Positions 52,859-63,900 of a DNA stretch of 64,000 bases are shown here, one piece after another. The stretch lies in the NCBI GenBank assembly GCA_964016885.1, contig OZ024744.1, positions 29,822,001-29,886,000 of the forward strand, in the 5' to 3' direction. The position numbers and the translations under genes were made by a program. Positions within the stretch are counted from its first letter, which is position 1; every line of letters begins with the position of its first letter. The stretch comes from Eledone cirrhosa. Its lineage: Eukaryota. The notes beneath the pieces were generated by a model that was not told where the DNA came from, ran no database searches, and saw nothing but the letters and a program-made list of their open reading frames with translations.

Positions 52859-55800
52859 CTCTGGAACAGAGATACGGCCACTGAGGAGATGAATGCTGAC
52901 GGACTAGGACAAGATTCGGTTGACATCCTAAATTTAGTGGTAGATGAATTGAACAATGATAGTGGGAGACCTATGAACCTAAGATTTGTAGACAGGAAAA
53001 AGTTAAAAGAAACAACAGCTAAGGTAAACAAAGTCATCCCATACGTTGAGGCGAGGAACCTTCACCGGTGTAACAATATCCTCAAAGCAACAGCAAATAC
53101 GGTGAGGAAACTACTTGGTATAAAAGCGAGAGGAAACAACAGACAAGAAAGAGCAGAGCCGTGGTGGAAGAAGCGACTGAGTGGGCAAATCGGGGAAATG
53201 AGAAATGACATAGGAAAGCTTGAGTCACTAATGAATGGGACACTAAAAAACATAGGCACTAAAAATAGACTGGAAATAAAATACAAAACTAGGAGTAAAA
53301 AGCTAAATATTATCATAGAGGAATTGAAGCAACGCATTGTAGCAAAGAGTGCAAAAATCAGACGATACGAGAACAGAGAAAGTCAGTATAAACAGAACCG
53401 CATGTTCGACAACAACCAGAAGATGCTGTTTGGACAGCTTGAGGGGAAAGAAAGAGGCAACGACTTGATCCCTGGGGCGGAACAAACTAAAACATTCTGG
53501 AGAGGAATATGGGAGCAGGATGTTAGACACAATGCCCAGGCAGGGTGGATTGAGACAGTAAAGAGGGAGATCGGTGAGCAGGCACAGCAACAAACTGATT
53601 TGAGTATCACAGTTGAAACTCTTAAGGGGCAGGCCAAAAAACTAACCAACTGGAAATCACCTGGCCCAGATGGTGTGCAGGGGTATTGGATTAAAAACAT
53701 AACATCCCTCCACCTGAAGCTGACGGCCATGTTCAATGACTGCTTGGTGTCGGGTGAGGTGCCAGAGTGGTTGACAAAAGGTACCACAGTTCTGATAATG
53801 AAAGACCGAATCAAGGGTAATGATGTTACCAACTATAGACCTATCACATATCTGTCCGTAATGTGGAAACTGTTGACGAGCATTGTGTCTGAGGAAATCT
53901 ACCATCACCTCCACACAAACAACTTGTTACCGGACGAACAGAAAGGATGCCGAAAGAAGTCACGTGGTACAAAGGACCAGTTGCTTATTGATAAGATGGT
54001 AATGGGGAATTGCAGGAGGAGACACACTGATCTTGCCATGGGATGGATAGACTACAGAAAGGCATTTGACATGGTGCCTCATTCCTGGATCACCAAAAGC
54101 CTGGAGATCTTCAGGGTGGCAGATAACATCAGACAGTTGCTAGGCAGGAGTATGGGGTCCTGGGAGACAGAGTTGACATCAACTGGAGTATCCTTGGGAA
54201 GCGTGAAGATCAAGAGAGGTATCTTCCAGGGAGATAGCCTGTCCCCTCTGTTGTTTGTCCTTGCCCTGATGCCCTTGACCATTATGCTGCGAAAAGTGAG
54301 AGCAGGATACAAGTTGGGAAGGGGAGAGCTTACCATCAATCACCTCCTCTTCATGGACGATCTTAAGCTCTTCGGGAAAAGTGAGAAGGAGTTGGATGTG
54401 CTTGTTGACACTGTCCGTATTTTCATCAGTGATATATGTATGCAGTTTGGTATTGGTAAATGTGGAGTCATTGTGATGAAGAGGGGTAGGTTGAGCAGAA
54501 GTAACGGGATCCATATACCAACAGGTGAGATGATAAAGGAAATTGACTCTGAGGAAGGATACAAGTATTTGGGCGTTCTGGAGGCTGATGGCATAAAGAA
54601 CAAAAAAATGAAGGAATTGTTAAGAACTGAATACATTCGGAGAGTAAGGAGCGTATTGAAGTCACATCTGAACAGCAGAAATGCCATAAGCGCAGTAAAT
54701 TCCCGAGCTGTGTCTATTATCAGGTACAGTGCGGGAATTCTGAGATGGAATGTTGCTGAACAAAAAGAAATGGATAGGAAGACTAGGAAGCTATTGACTA
54801 TCTACAACATGTTCCACAAGAGGAGTGATGTCGATAGACTCTACCTAAGGAGATCTGAGGGTGGAAGAGGTCTTATCAGCATAGAGGACTGTGTTCAGAT
54901 GGAGAAAAACAACCTATACAAATACGTGACCTATAGTAAGGAGCCAATGCTCAGAACTGTACTGAAGGAGGGGACAGTAGGCCAGGGGATGTCCAAGGAG
55001 GAAATAACATCAAGGAGGAAGAGCAGCCTTAAGGGAAAATCCCTTCATAGTACCTTCTTTGAGACAACTGAATTTAGAGATCCACAGACATGGAACTGGT
55101 TGAGAAGAGGAGACCTCAAAAAGGCTACAGAAGGAATGCTAATGGCTGCGCAGGAGCAGGCCCTCAAAACGAAGTGGTTGAAGCACCATATCTACAAGGA
55201 GGAGGCTAGCCCACTGTGCAGGATCTGTGGAGAGAGAGAGGAGACTGTGGCTCACATTGTGTCCGAGTGTAAACACCTAGCCCAGACCCACTATAAGGGC
55301 TGGAGACACGATGTGATGGGCAGGGTGATCCACTGGCACCTGTGCAAAGTAAACAATTTATCACATTCTGAGAAATGGTATGAGCATAGGCCAGAGGCGG
55401 TGATGGAGAACAATCAGGTGAAGGTGCTGTGGGATTTTAGGATACAGACGGACAAAAAACTGGAACACAATAGACCTGACCTGGTGGTTGTGGACAAAGA
55501 AAAAAGATCGTGCCTGATTGTGGATGTGGCCTGCCCGTTCGACACGAGAGTGCAAGAGAAGGAGAGGGAGAAAATTAACCGATACCAGGACCTAAAGTGG
55601 GAGGTGAAAAGGATTTGGAACTGCCATGAAGTCAAAGTGATCCCGATTGTCATAGGCGCACTGGGGACTATCTCCAAAAGTTTCCAGGGATGGTTAAAGA
55701 AAATCGGCCCCTTCACGCTTTTTGGAACGCTTCAAAAGGCATGCTTGCTTGGAACAGCAAGAACCCTCCGATACGTCCTGAATATCTGAGGCTGCAGGTA

Positions 55801-55864
55801 GTGGCTTGATATTCAATCCAACGGACTTTCCAGTTAACCAACATCAATGACTGAGATTCAAGGA
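52859..55864 (+). mobile_element. R4/Dong-clade retrotransposon copy C, 5'-truncated
   Basis: Begins inside the ORF directly after the TAA tract. Its 3' UTR is the same as that of copy D. Tail runs to 55942. Confidence 0.95.
52889..55789 (+). CDS. N-terminally truncated RT-RLE ORF of copy C (966 aa open; lacks the first 164 aa of copy D)
   Basis: Uninterrupted frame nearly identical to the C-terminal 966 aa of copy D. Confidence 0.8.
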   Translation: MNADGLGQDSVDILNLVVDELNNDSGRPMNLRFVDRKKLKETTAKVNKVIPYVEARNLHRCNNILKATANTVRKLLGIKARGNNRQERAEPWWKKRLSGQIGEMRNDIGKLESLMNGTLKNIGTKNRLEIKYKTRSKKLNIIIEELKQRIVAKSAKIRRYENRESQYKQNRMFDNNQKMLFGQLEGKERGNDLIPGAEQTKTFWRGIWEQDVRHNAQAGWIETVKREIGEQAQQQTDLSITVETLKGQAKKLTNWKSPGPDGVQGYWIKNITSLHLKLTAMFNDCLVSGEVPEWLTKGTTVLIMKDRIKGNDVTNYRPITYLSVMWKLLTSIVSEEIYHHLHTNNLLPDEQKGCRKKSRGTKDQLLIDKMVMGNCRRRHTDLAMGWIDYRKAFDMVPHSWITKSLEIFRVADNIRQLLGRSMGSWETELTSTGVSLGSVKIKRGIFQGDSLSPLLFVLALMPLTIMLRKVRAGYKLGRGELTINHLLFMDDLKLFGKSEKELDVLVDTVRIFISDICMQFGIGKCGVIVMKRGRLSRSNGIHIPTGEMIKEIDSEEGYKYLGVLEADGIKNKKMKELLRTEYIRRVRSVLKSHLNSRNAISAVNSRAVSIIRYSAGILRWNVAEQKEMDRKTRKLLTIYNMFHKRSDVDRLYLRRSEGGRGLISIEDCVQMEKNNLYKYVTYSKEPMLRTVLKEGTVGQGMSKEEITSRRKSSLKGKSLHSTFFETTEFRDPQTWNWLRRGDLKKATEGMLMAAQEQALKTKWLKHHIYKEEASPLCRICGEREETVAHIVSECKHLAQTHYKGWRHDVMGRVIHWHLCKVNNLSHSEKWYEHRPEAVMENNQVKVLWDFRIQTDKKLEHNRPDLVVVDKEKRSCLIVDVACPFDTRVQEKEREKINRYQDLKWEVKRIWNCHEVKVIPIVIGALGTISKSFQGWLKKIGPFTLFGTLQKACLLGTARTLRYVLNI

Positions 55865-55875
55865 ATAACAACAAC

Positions 55876-55942
<67 letters not shown>

Positions 55943-58900
55943 GGGAAGAAGACGCACGAGGTGACGGAGGTCATGAAATCGCTCCCGTAAGTTTTGAATT
56001 TTTAACATATTTAAATCATTTGTGAAATAACAACTCTTAGTACAAATGCTACGTAAAGCACCCGGCTTGAGCCCCAAAAAATTCGGACCCAAAATATATT
56101 GTTATAAGGCTCAAATATTCAAATGTTCAACTTTGTATTGTACACTGTATATCCAAAAAAAAAAAATGGCTATAAATGGAAGAAGAAGAACCCCCCCCCC
56201 CCTCCTCTCCTCTGGCTACACTATATAGGACAGCTAAACTCACCAACACCAGAAACTAGATACACCGCCCACCCCATCATCTGTGTACACTAAACACAAC
56301 AGCATTTTCACCTTCACCGCCACCGCTCACTACGGCCATCATTGCCACCGCTGTCCCATCACCGCCGCCACCACCCCCTGACTCCTTCACTGCTGCTGCC
56401 ACCGCTACAGCACCATCACTACAGTAATACGGCTCAAATATTCAAATATTCAACTTTGTATTGTACACTGTATATCCAAAAAAAAAAAAAAAAAAAAAAA
56501 TAAATAAATAAAATAAAATGGCTATAAATGGAAGAAGAAGAACCCCCCCCCCCCCCTCCTCTCCTCTGGCTACACTATATAGGACAGCGAAACTCACCAA
56601 CACCAGAAACTAGATACACCACCCACCCCATCATCTGTGTACACTAAACACAACAGCATTTTCACCTTCACCGCCACCGCTCACTACGGCCATCATTGCC
56701 ACCGCTGTCCCATCACCGCCGCCACCACCCCCTGACTCCTTCACTGCTGCTGCCACCGCTACAGCACCATCACTACAGTAATACGGTCGCATCACCGCCA
56801 CCGCTGCCTCGGTATCGACATCACCGCCACCACTGTCTCAGTATCGCCAACGCCGCTAGTCTCTGCTGGCTACCACTTCCACATTATAGAATTCCTACTA
56901 CTAACAAAGAGGAAGGCATCAAAATATATAGATAGACTCAAAAGAAAAAAGAAAAAACAAACAACAAAAGCAGCACAGCAACAACAGTAAAAAACGAGAA
57001 AAACAGAGAAAAACAAAAACAAAAAAAGAAACCCCAAAAACGTAAAGAAAATAAGAATGAAGAGAGAAGCAGGCGGACGGACAGAGAAGAGGGGGGGAAA
57101 AGTAAAACTTAAAAAACAAAAACTAAGTCGGACATTCGAATACTACATTACAATGAAACTTATGCTTATTCATTTTTGGGGCCCTTTCTGCCCGTGTGTT
57201 TGTTTGTTTATGTGTGTCCGTATACAGCGTGGTGATAATGCCACACAAGGGCCAAGTGGGATGGCGGATCCACAGATGGCTATGTAAACATACATTCGCC
57301 AATCCTCGATAAGAGTGTTTAAATATCGAACATAAACAGTTCGAATAACGGTGAAATGGAGACTAGAACGTCATGTGACAGACTCTCACCCAACAGGTGC
57401 CCCCTGGCTCAGCAGCAGGAACCTGACTGTCAACGAAATACTGCTGATGTTGGAGGAAGAAGAAGAAGGAAAGGGGCCAGAACCAACTGGACGAAAGAAT
57501 TGAATAGAACTGTTATGCAATGCTACCTGAAAAGTAACCCCAAGGAGAGGGGCTACAGGAGACGGATGCATAACATCTGGAACGAGATTGGTTTATTTAA
57601 ATTAGATGAACAAAAATTGGCCGGGCAGGCTCGGGTAATAAGAACTAATGGGTGGATAAGCGAGCTGGAACTGGAGGAACTGAGCAGAGAGAATGGCTTG
57701 GAGATGGCGGGTGTAGTATGCCAGACAAGCGAGCCGGCGGGAAATGAAGGTGAGGAGGTCCTGAGAGCGAAGGAACCACCCGAAGCAGACAATGATCTGA
57801 ATACTGAGATAAATAATACCTGGAACAGAGATACGGCCACTGAGGAGATGAATGCTGACGGGCTAGGACAAGATTCGGTTGACATCCTAAATTTAGTGGT
57901 AGATGAGTTGAACAATGATAGTGGGAGACCTATGAACCTAAGATTTGTAGACAGGAAAAAGTTAAAAGAAACAACAGCTAAGGTAAACAAAGTCATCCCA
58001 TACCTTGAGGCGAGGAGTCTTCACCAGTGCAACAATATCCTCAAAGCAACAGCAAATACGGTGAGGAAACTACTTGGTATAAAAGCGAGAGGAAACAACA
58101 GACAAGAAAGAGCAGAGCCGTGGTGGAAGAAGCGACTGAGTGGGCAAATCGGGGAAATGAGAAATGACATAGGAAAGCTTGAGTCACTACTGAATGGGAC
58201 ACTAAAAAACATAGGCACTAAAAATAGACTGGAAATAAAATACAAAACTAGGAGTAAAAAGCTAAATATTATCATAGAGGAATTGAAGCAACGCATTGTA
58301 GCAAAGAGTGCCAAAATCAGGCGATACGAGAACAGAGTCAGTCAGTATAAACAGAACCGCATGTTCGACAACAACCAGAAGATGCTGTTTGGACAGCTTG
58401 AGGGGAAAGAAAGAGGCACCGACTTGATCCCTGGGGCGGAACAAGCTAAAACATTCTGGAGAGGAATATGGGAGCAGGATGTTAGACACAATGCCCAGGC
58501 AGGGTGGATTGAGACAGTACAGAGGGAGATCGGTGAGCAGGCACAGCAACAGACTGATTTGAGTATCACAGTTGAAACTCTTAAGGGGCAAGCCAAAAAA
58601 CTAACCAACTGGAAATCACCAGGCCCAGATGGTGTGCAGGGGTATTGGATTAAACATTTAACATCCCTCCACCCGAAGCTGACGGCCATGTTCAATGACT
58701 GCTTGGTGTCGGGTGAGGTGCCAGAGTGGTTGACAAAAGGTACCACAGTTCTGATAATGAAAGACCAAATCAAGGGTAATGATGTCACCAACTATAGACC
58801 TATCACATGTCTGCCCGTAATGTGGAAACTGTTGACGAGCATTGTGTCTGAGGAAATCTACCATCACCTCCACACAAACAACTTGTTGCCGGACGAACAG

Positions 58901-60823
58901 AAAGGATGCCGAAAGAAGTCACGTGGTACAAAGGACCAGTTGCTTATTGATAAGATGGTAATGGGGAATTGCAGGAGGAGACACACTGATCTTGCCATGG
59001 GATGGATAGACTACAGAAAGGCATTTGACATGGTGCCTCATTCCTGGATCACCAAAAGCCTGGAGATCTTCAGGGTGGCAGATAACATCAGACAGTTGCT
59101 GGGCAGGAGTATGGGGTCCTGGGAGACAGAGTTGACATCAACTGGAGTATCCTTGGGAAGCGTGAAGATCAAGAGAGGTATCTTCCAGGGAGATAGCCTG
59201 TCCCCTCTGTTGTTTGTCCTTGCCCTGATGCCCTTGACCATTATGCTGCGAAAAGTGAGAGCAGGATACAAGTTGGGAAGGGGAGAGCTTACCATCAATC
59301 ACCTCCTCTTCATGGACGACCTTAAGCTCTTCGGGAAAAGTGAGAAGGAGTTGGATGTGCTTGTTGACACTGTCCGTATTTTCAGCAGTGATATATGTAT
59401 GCAGTTTGGTATTGGTAAATGTGGAGTCATTGTGATGAGGAGGGGTAGGTTGAGCAGAAGTAACGGGATCCAGATACCAACAGGTGAGATGATAAAGGAA
59501 ATTGACTCTGAGGAAGGATACAAGTATTTGGGCGTTCTGGAGGCTGATGGCATAAAGAACAAAAAAATGAAGGAATTGTTAAGAACTGAATACATTCGGA
59601 GAGTAAGGAGCGTATTGAAGTCACATCTGAACAGCAGAAATGCCATAAGCGCAGTAAATTCCCGAGCTGTGTCTATTATTAGGTACAGTGCGGGAATTCT
59701 GAGATGGAATGTTGCTGAACAAAAAGAAATGGATAGGAAGACTAGGAAGCTATTGACTATCTACAACATGTTCCACAAGAGGAGTGATGTCGATAGACTC
59801 TACCTAAGGAGATCTGAGGGTGGAAGAGGTCTTATCAGCATAGAGGACTGTGTTCAGATGGAGAAAAACAACCTATACAAATACGTGACCTATAGTAAGG
59901 AGCCAATGCTCAGAGCTGTACTGAAGGAGGGGACAGTAGGCCAGAGGATACCCAAGGAGGAAATAACATCAAGGAGGAAGAGCAGCCTTAAGGGAAAATC
60001 CCTTCATAGTACCTTCTTTGAGAAAACTGAATTTAGAGATCCACAGACATGGAACTGGTTGAGAAGAGGAGACCTCAAAAAGGCTACAGAAGGAATGCTA
60101 ATGGCTGCGCAGGAGCAGGCCCTCAAAACGAAGTGGTTGAAGCACCATATCTACAAGGAGGAGGCTAGCCCACTGTGCAGGATCTGTGGAGAGAGGGAGG
60201 AGACTGTGGCTCACATTGTGTCCGAGTGTAAACACCTAGCCCAGACCCACTATAAGGGCTGGAGACACGATGTGATGGGCAGGGTGATCCACTGGCACCT
60301 GTGCAAAGTAAACAATCTACCACATTCTGAGAAATGGTATGAGCATAGGCCAGAGGCGGTGATGGAGAACAATCAGGTGAAGGTGCTGTGGGATTTTAGG
60401 ATACAGACGGACAAAAAACTGGAACACAATAGACCTGACCTGGTGGTTGTGGACAAAGAAAAAAGATCGTGCCTGATTGTGGATGTGGCCTGCCCGTTCG
60501 ACACGAGAGTGCAAGAGAAGGAGAGGGAGAAAATTAACCGATACCAGGACCTAAAGTGGGAGGTGAAAAGGATTTGGAACTGCCATGAAGTCAAAGTGAT
60601 CCCGATTGTCATAGGCGCACTGGGGACTATCTCCAAAGGTTTCCAGGGATGGTTAAAGAAAATCGGCCCCTTCACGCTTTTTGGAACGCTTCAAAAGGCA
60701 TGCTTGCTTGGAACGGCAAGAACCCTCCGATACGTCCTGAATATCTGAGGCTGCAGGTAGTGGCTTGATATTCAATCCAACGGACTTTCCAGTTAACCAA
60801 CATCAATGACTGAGATTCAAGGA
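55943..60823 (+). mobile_element. R4/Dong-clade retrotransposon copy D, full length and apparently intact
   Basis: Starts GGGAAGAAGAC after (TAA)n. 1.4-kb 5' UTR, single ORF, ~75-bp 3' UTR, then (CAA)/(TAA)n and (GAA)n. Confidence 0.96.
57356..60748 (+). CDS. Non-LTR retrotransposon protein, 1130 aa: N-terminal Myb-like region, RT, CCHC knuckle, restriction-like endonuclease
   Basis: Motifs WTKELNR..W, KSPGPDG, NYRPI, DYRKAFD, QGDSLSP, FMDD, GGRGL, CRICGEREETVAHIVSEC, RHD and RPDLVVVD..IVDVACP..EK. Confidence 0.95.
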   Translation: METRTSCDRLSPNRCPLAQQQEPDCQRNTADVGGRRRRKGARTNWTKELNRTVMQCYLKSNPKERGYRRRMHNIWNEIGLFKLDEQKLAGQARVIRTNGWISELELEELSRENGLEMAGVVCQTSEPAGNEGEEVLRAKEPPEADNDLNTEINNTWNRDTATEEMNADGLGQDSVDILNLVVDELNNDSGRPMNLRFVDRKKLKETTAKVNKVIPYLEARSLHQCNNILKATANTVRKLLGIKARGNNRQERAEPWWKKRLSGQIGEMRNDIGKLESLLNGTLKNIGTKNRLEIKYKTRSKKLNIIIEELKQRIVAKSAKIRRYENRVSQYKQNRMFDNNQKMLFGQLEGKERGTDLIPGAEQAKTFWRGIWEQDVRHNAQAGWIETVQREIGEQAQQQTDLSITVETLKGQAKKLTNWKSPGPDGVQGYWIKHLTSLHPKLTAMFNDCLVSGEVPEWLTKGTTVLIMKDQIKGNDVTNYRPITCLPVMWKLLTSIVSEEIYHHLHTNNLLPDEQKGCRKKSRGTKDQLLIDKMVMGNCRRRHTDLAMGWIDYRKAFDMVPHSWITKSLEIFRVADNIRQLLGRSMGSWETELTSTGVSLGSVKIKRGIFQGDSLSPLLFVLALMPLTIMLRKVRAGYKLGRGELTINHLLFMDDLKLFGKSEKELDVLVDTVRIFSSDICMQFGIGKCGVIVMRRGRLSRSNGIQIPTGEMIKEIDSEEGYKYLGVLEADGIKNKKMKELLRTEYIRRVRSVLKSHLNSRNAISAVNSRAVSIIRYSAGILRWNVAEQKEMDRKTRKLLTIYNMFHKRSDVDRLYLRRSEGGRGLISIEDCVQMEKNNLYKYVTYSKEPMLRAVLKEGTVGQRIPKEEITSRRKSSLKGKSLHSTFFEKTEFRDPQTWNWLRRGDLKKATEGMLMAAQEQALKTKWLKHHIYKEEASPLCRICGEREETVAHIVSECKHLAQTHYKGWRHDVMGRVIHWHLCKVNNLPHSEKWYEHRPEAVMENNQVKVLWDFRIQTDKKLEHNRPDLVVVDKEKRSCLIVDVACPFDTRVQEKEREKINRYQDLKWEVKRIWNCHEVKVIPIVIGALGTISKGFQGWLKKIGPFTLFGTLQKACLLGTARTLRYVLNI

Positions 60824-60834
60824 ATAACAACAAC

Positions 60835-60875
<41 letters not shown>

Positions 60876-60936
60876 GAAGAAGAAGAAGAAGAAGAAGAAG
60901 AAAATTGGTTAATAATAATAATAATAAGAAGAAGAA

Positions 60937-63900
60937 GGGAAGAAGACTCACGTGATGGTAGAAGGTCATGAGATCGCTCCTGTAAGTTTTTGATTTTTAA
61001 CATATTTAAATCAATTGTGAAATAATAATTCTTACTACAAATGATGCATAAATCACCGAATCAAGTCTCATAAAAATTCGGATCCATAATATATTGTTAT
61101 ATCGCTCAAATATTCAATTTTGTATTATATATTTTATATTCAAAAAAGAAAATGGTTATAAATGGAAGAAAACCCCCTTTGTCTACACTACATAGAACAG
61201 CCAAATAACAGCAATTTCACCAACACCAGAAACTAGATACACCACCTACCCCATCACCCCGCTGTGTACACTAAATATAACAGTCAGATAACGGCCATCA
61301 CCACCACCACCACCAATCCCAGCATAATAATAATAATTACTATTATTATTGTCTCAAGTTTTAACAATATTTAATTCCAATATTAAGGAAAATGTGTCAA
61401 CACATATATTAAACATACGCGACACAAACGCATAGATACTACAGATCAAACAAAACTAGTCTGTTCAACAAAACTCAGTAACGACAACGCCACCGCCGCC
61501 ATCACTCCATCCATCATTGCTACCACTATCCCATCACCGCCGCCACCACTCCTTCATTGCTACCACCACTATTCCCCTGTTAACTTAAGAAAGGGGAAGA
61601 TGGCGGTATCACTAGACAAGGGAGAGGCTAGCAAAAGATATAAATAGATTGACTTAGTGACCCGGCCACCGGCCAAACGTCAACAACTATGGCACTGCTG
61701 GCTCCCCCTTCCCCACCAACAATATAAAAAAGCTCCAGCACCACCACCGCCATAGCCAACAACAATAACAGGCAACTTCAGCAAAAAGTATATTATATTA
61801 TTGTAATGCTCTGGGTAATTGCTGGCCTTGTGCCTGGAGTGGAGACAATTATTAATAATTTCATTCTTAAGCCACGCAATGCTCACATTAAGGAACCACT
61901 CATGATAATAACAATTTAAAAAAACAACAAAAAAGAAAACCCCGTGACGAAGAAATACCGGGATGGCGGCCGGCGGAGAATAGCCGTGTCTCTAGGGGAG
62001 AACGACCCCTCTAGTCTTGGTTGACACTCGTTCTAGAAGTGGTAACACGAAATGATTACCCCTTGGCGGATAAGGATAAAACGCGACAAAATAAAGTAAA
62101 TGTCTAATGATAAAATCTCATACCGGATCGGCCGTCACCCGGGTAAAAAAGGGCCGCGTCCCTCAGAGAGAAACCAGACTGGGGTCGAAAAATCAGCTAA
62201 TGGTTCAAACCTTCCCATCACTTCGGAGCTGGAGACCTCCCATAACCGGAATACTCCTACTGTTGGCCCTCCATGCTCACCACCAAGAAATCCAAAGAAA
62301 AAGAAAGAAAAATGGTCAAGGGAAGATAATAAAGAAGTCCTTGAGGCTTTCTACACTGCCATGTACTACCCATCAAATACATCGAATACAGAACAGACAT
62401 ATATCAACTGGAAAAAGAAACATCCCGGATACAGAGGCTATATTGACAGTAACAAACTAGCCAATATACGAAGAAATATTGTAAAAAAAAGTTACTAACT
62501 GATATAGAAATTGATCAGATCAAGCTATTAGCACAAAGTCAGCGAAGGGAAAATGAAACATGTGTCAGTGAAAACGAGGTAAACTGTAACACTTCGAATC
62601 CCAGGGTTGGGGCGGCATCACTGGCAACATAACAAATTAAAGAAAGGATCGAAAAAGTGGAGGAAGTGCATGCTCAGGATGAAACTCCAAATGAAAATAA
62701 TGAGATCGTAAATGATAAAGAAATGAATGAGAATGAACTTGCCAACTTGAAGGATGAAATTATGATCGAATGGATGAAAGTGAAAGAATCTGACATGGGG
62801 CAACGAGACACCCTCCCTAAGATCCAGAACTCCAAACAGAACCAAAAGATAATACACAAGACTAACATGATTCTCAAAAACATTATCATCACAAACAAAC
62901 TAAACATTACTGATTTAAATCATCTCTATTATGCATCGGCTAAAGTCACCACTCACTTATGTGGAGTGAAGATGAAAAAACAAAGGAATTCCCACAAGAA
63001 ATCTAATTGGCAAGAGAACATCAATCGCCAAATAAACCTTCTCCGATCTGACATAGGCATTTTAACAAACTATAAAGTAGGTGAACATGTTAAACAAACT
63101 AAACTTAGAAAATTGAAAAGAAAGTACAGTATAAAATCAACACGTGACATAGACATGCTGATAGAAATAATCAAGCAAAAAGTGTCGGCCAAAGCTGCTC
63201 GTATAAGGCGCTTTGAAAAACGATCTAGATTCTATAAGGACAATAATATGTTCAAAGACAACCAAAGAAACTTCTACAGAAAAATTGGTAAGTCAACAAT
63301 AACTGCTAAATCAATACCACCCAAGGAGGAAGTGCAAGAATTCTGGGAAAAGATCTGGGCCGAAGAAAAAGTTCATAACATACATGCCCCATGGATAGAC
63401 AGACAAATGAAAGATACAGCTCACCTTGAAGAACAAATATGGGAAAATATAACAGTTGAACAGTTCTAAGAAAAACCACCAAATGGAAATCCCCAGGAAA
63501 AGACAAAATATAAAATTTTTGGATAAATGCCTTCACAGAGTCTCACGAGCTGTTAGCCCAACTTTACAATGAAATAGTTAAGGAGCCAGAAAAGATACCA
63601 TCATGGCTAGTTAACGGCATTACATTCCTGCTTCCGAAGAATGATGAGACAAATAATCCCAAAAATTACAGACCGATAACTTGCTTGACCACAATGTATA
63701 AAATTTTAACATCAGTCCTAACTGAATATACATATGACCACCTGATAACAAATGACCTATTTCCTTTTGAGCAGAAAGGGTGTAAACGAGGCTCATATGG
63801 CTGTAAGGATCAGCTTCTGGTTAACAAAATGATACTGGAAGATTGTCATAATAGACACAAAAATCTATCAATTGCTTGGATAGATTATAAAAAAGCATTC

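Noticed and set aside
49367-60675. Recurrent antisense ORFs within Dong copies
   Set aside because: Shadow frames of the RT ORF, repeated only because the copies are near-identical. No motifs recognised.
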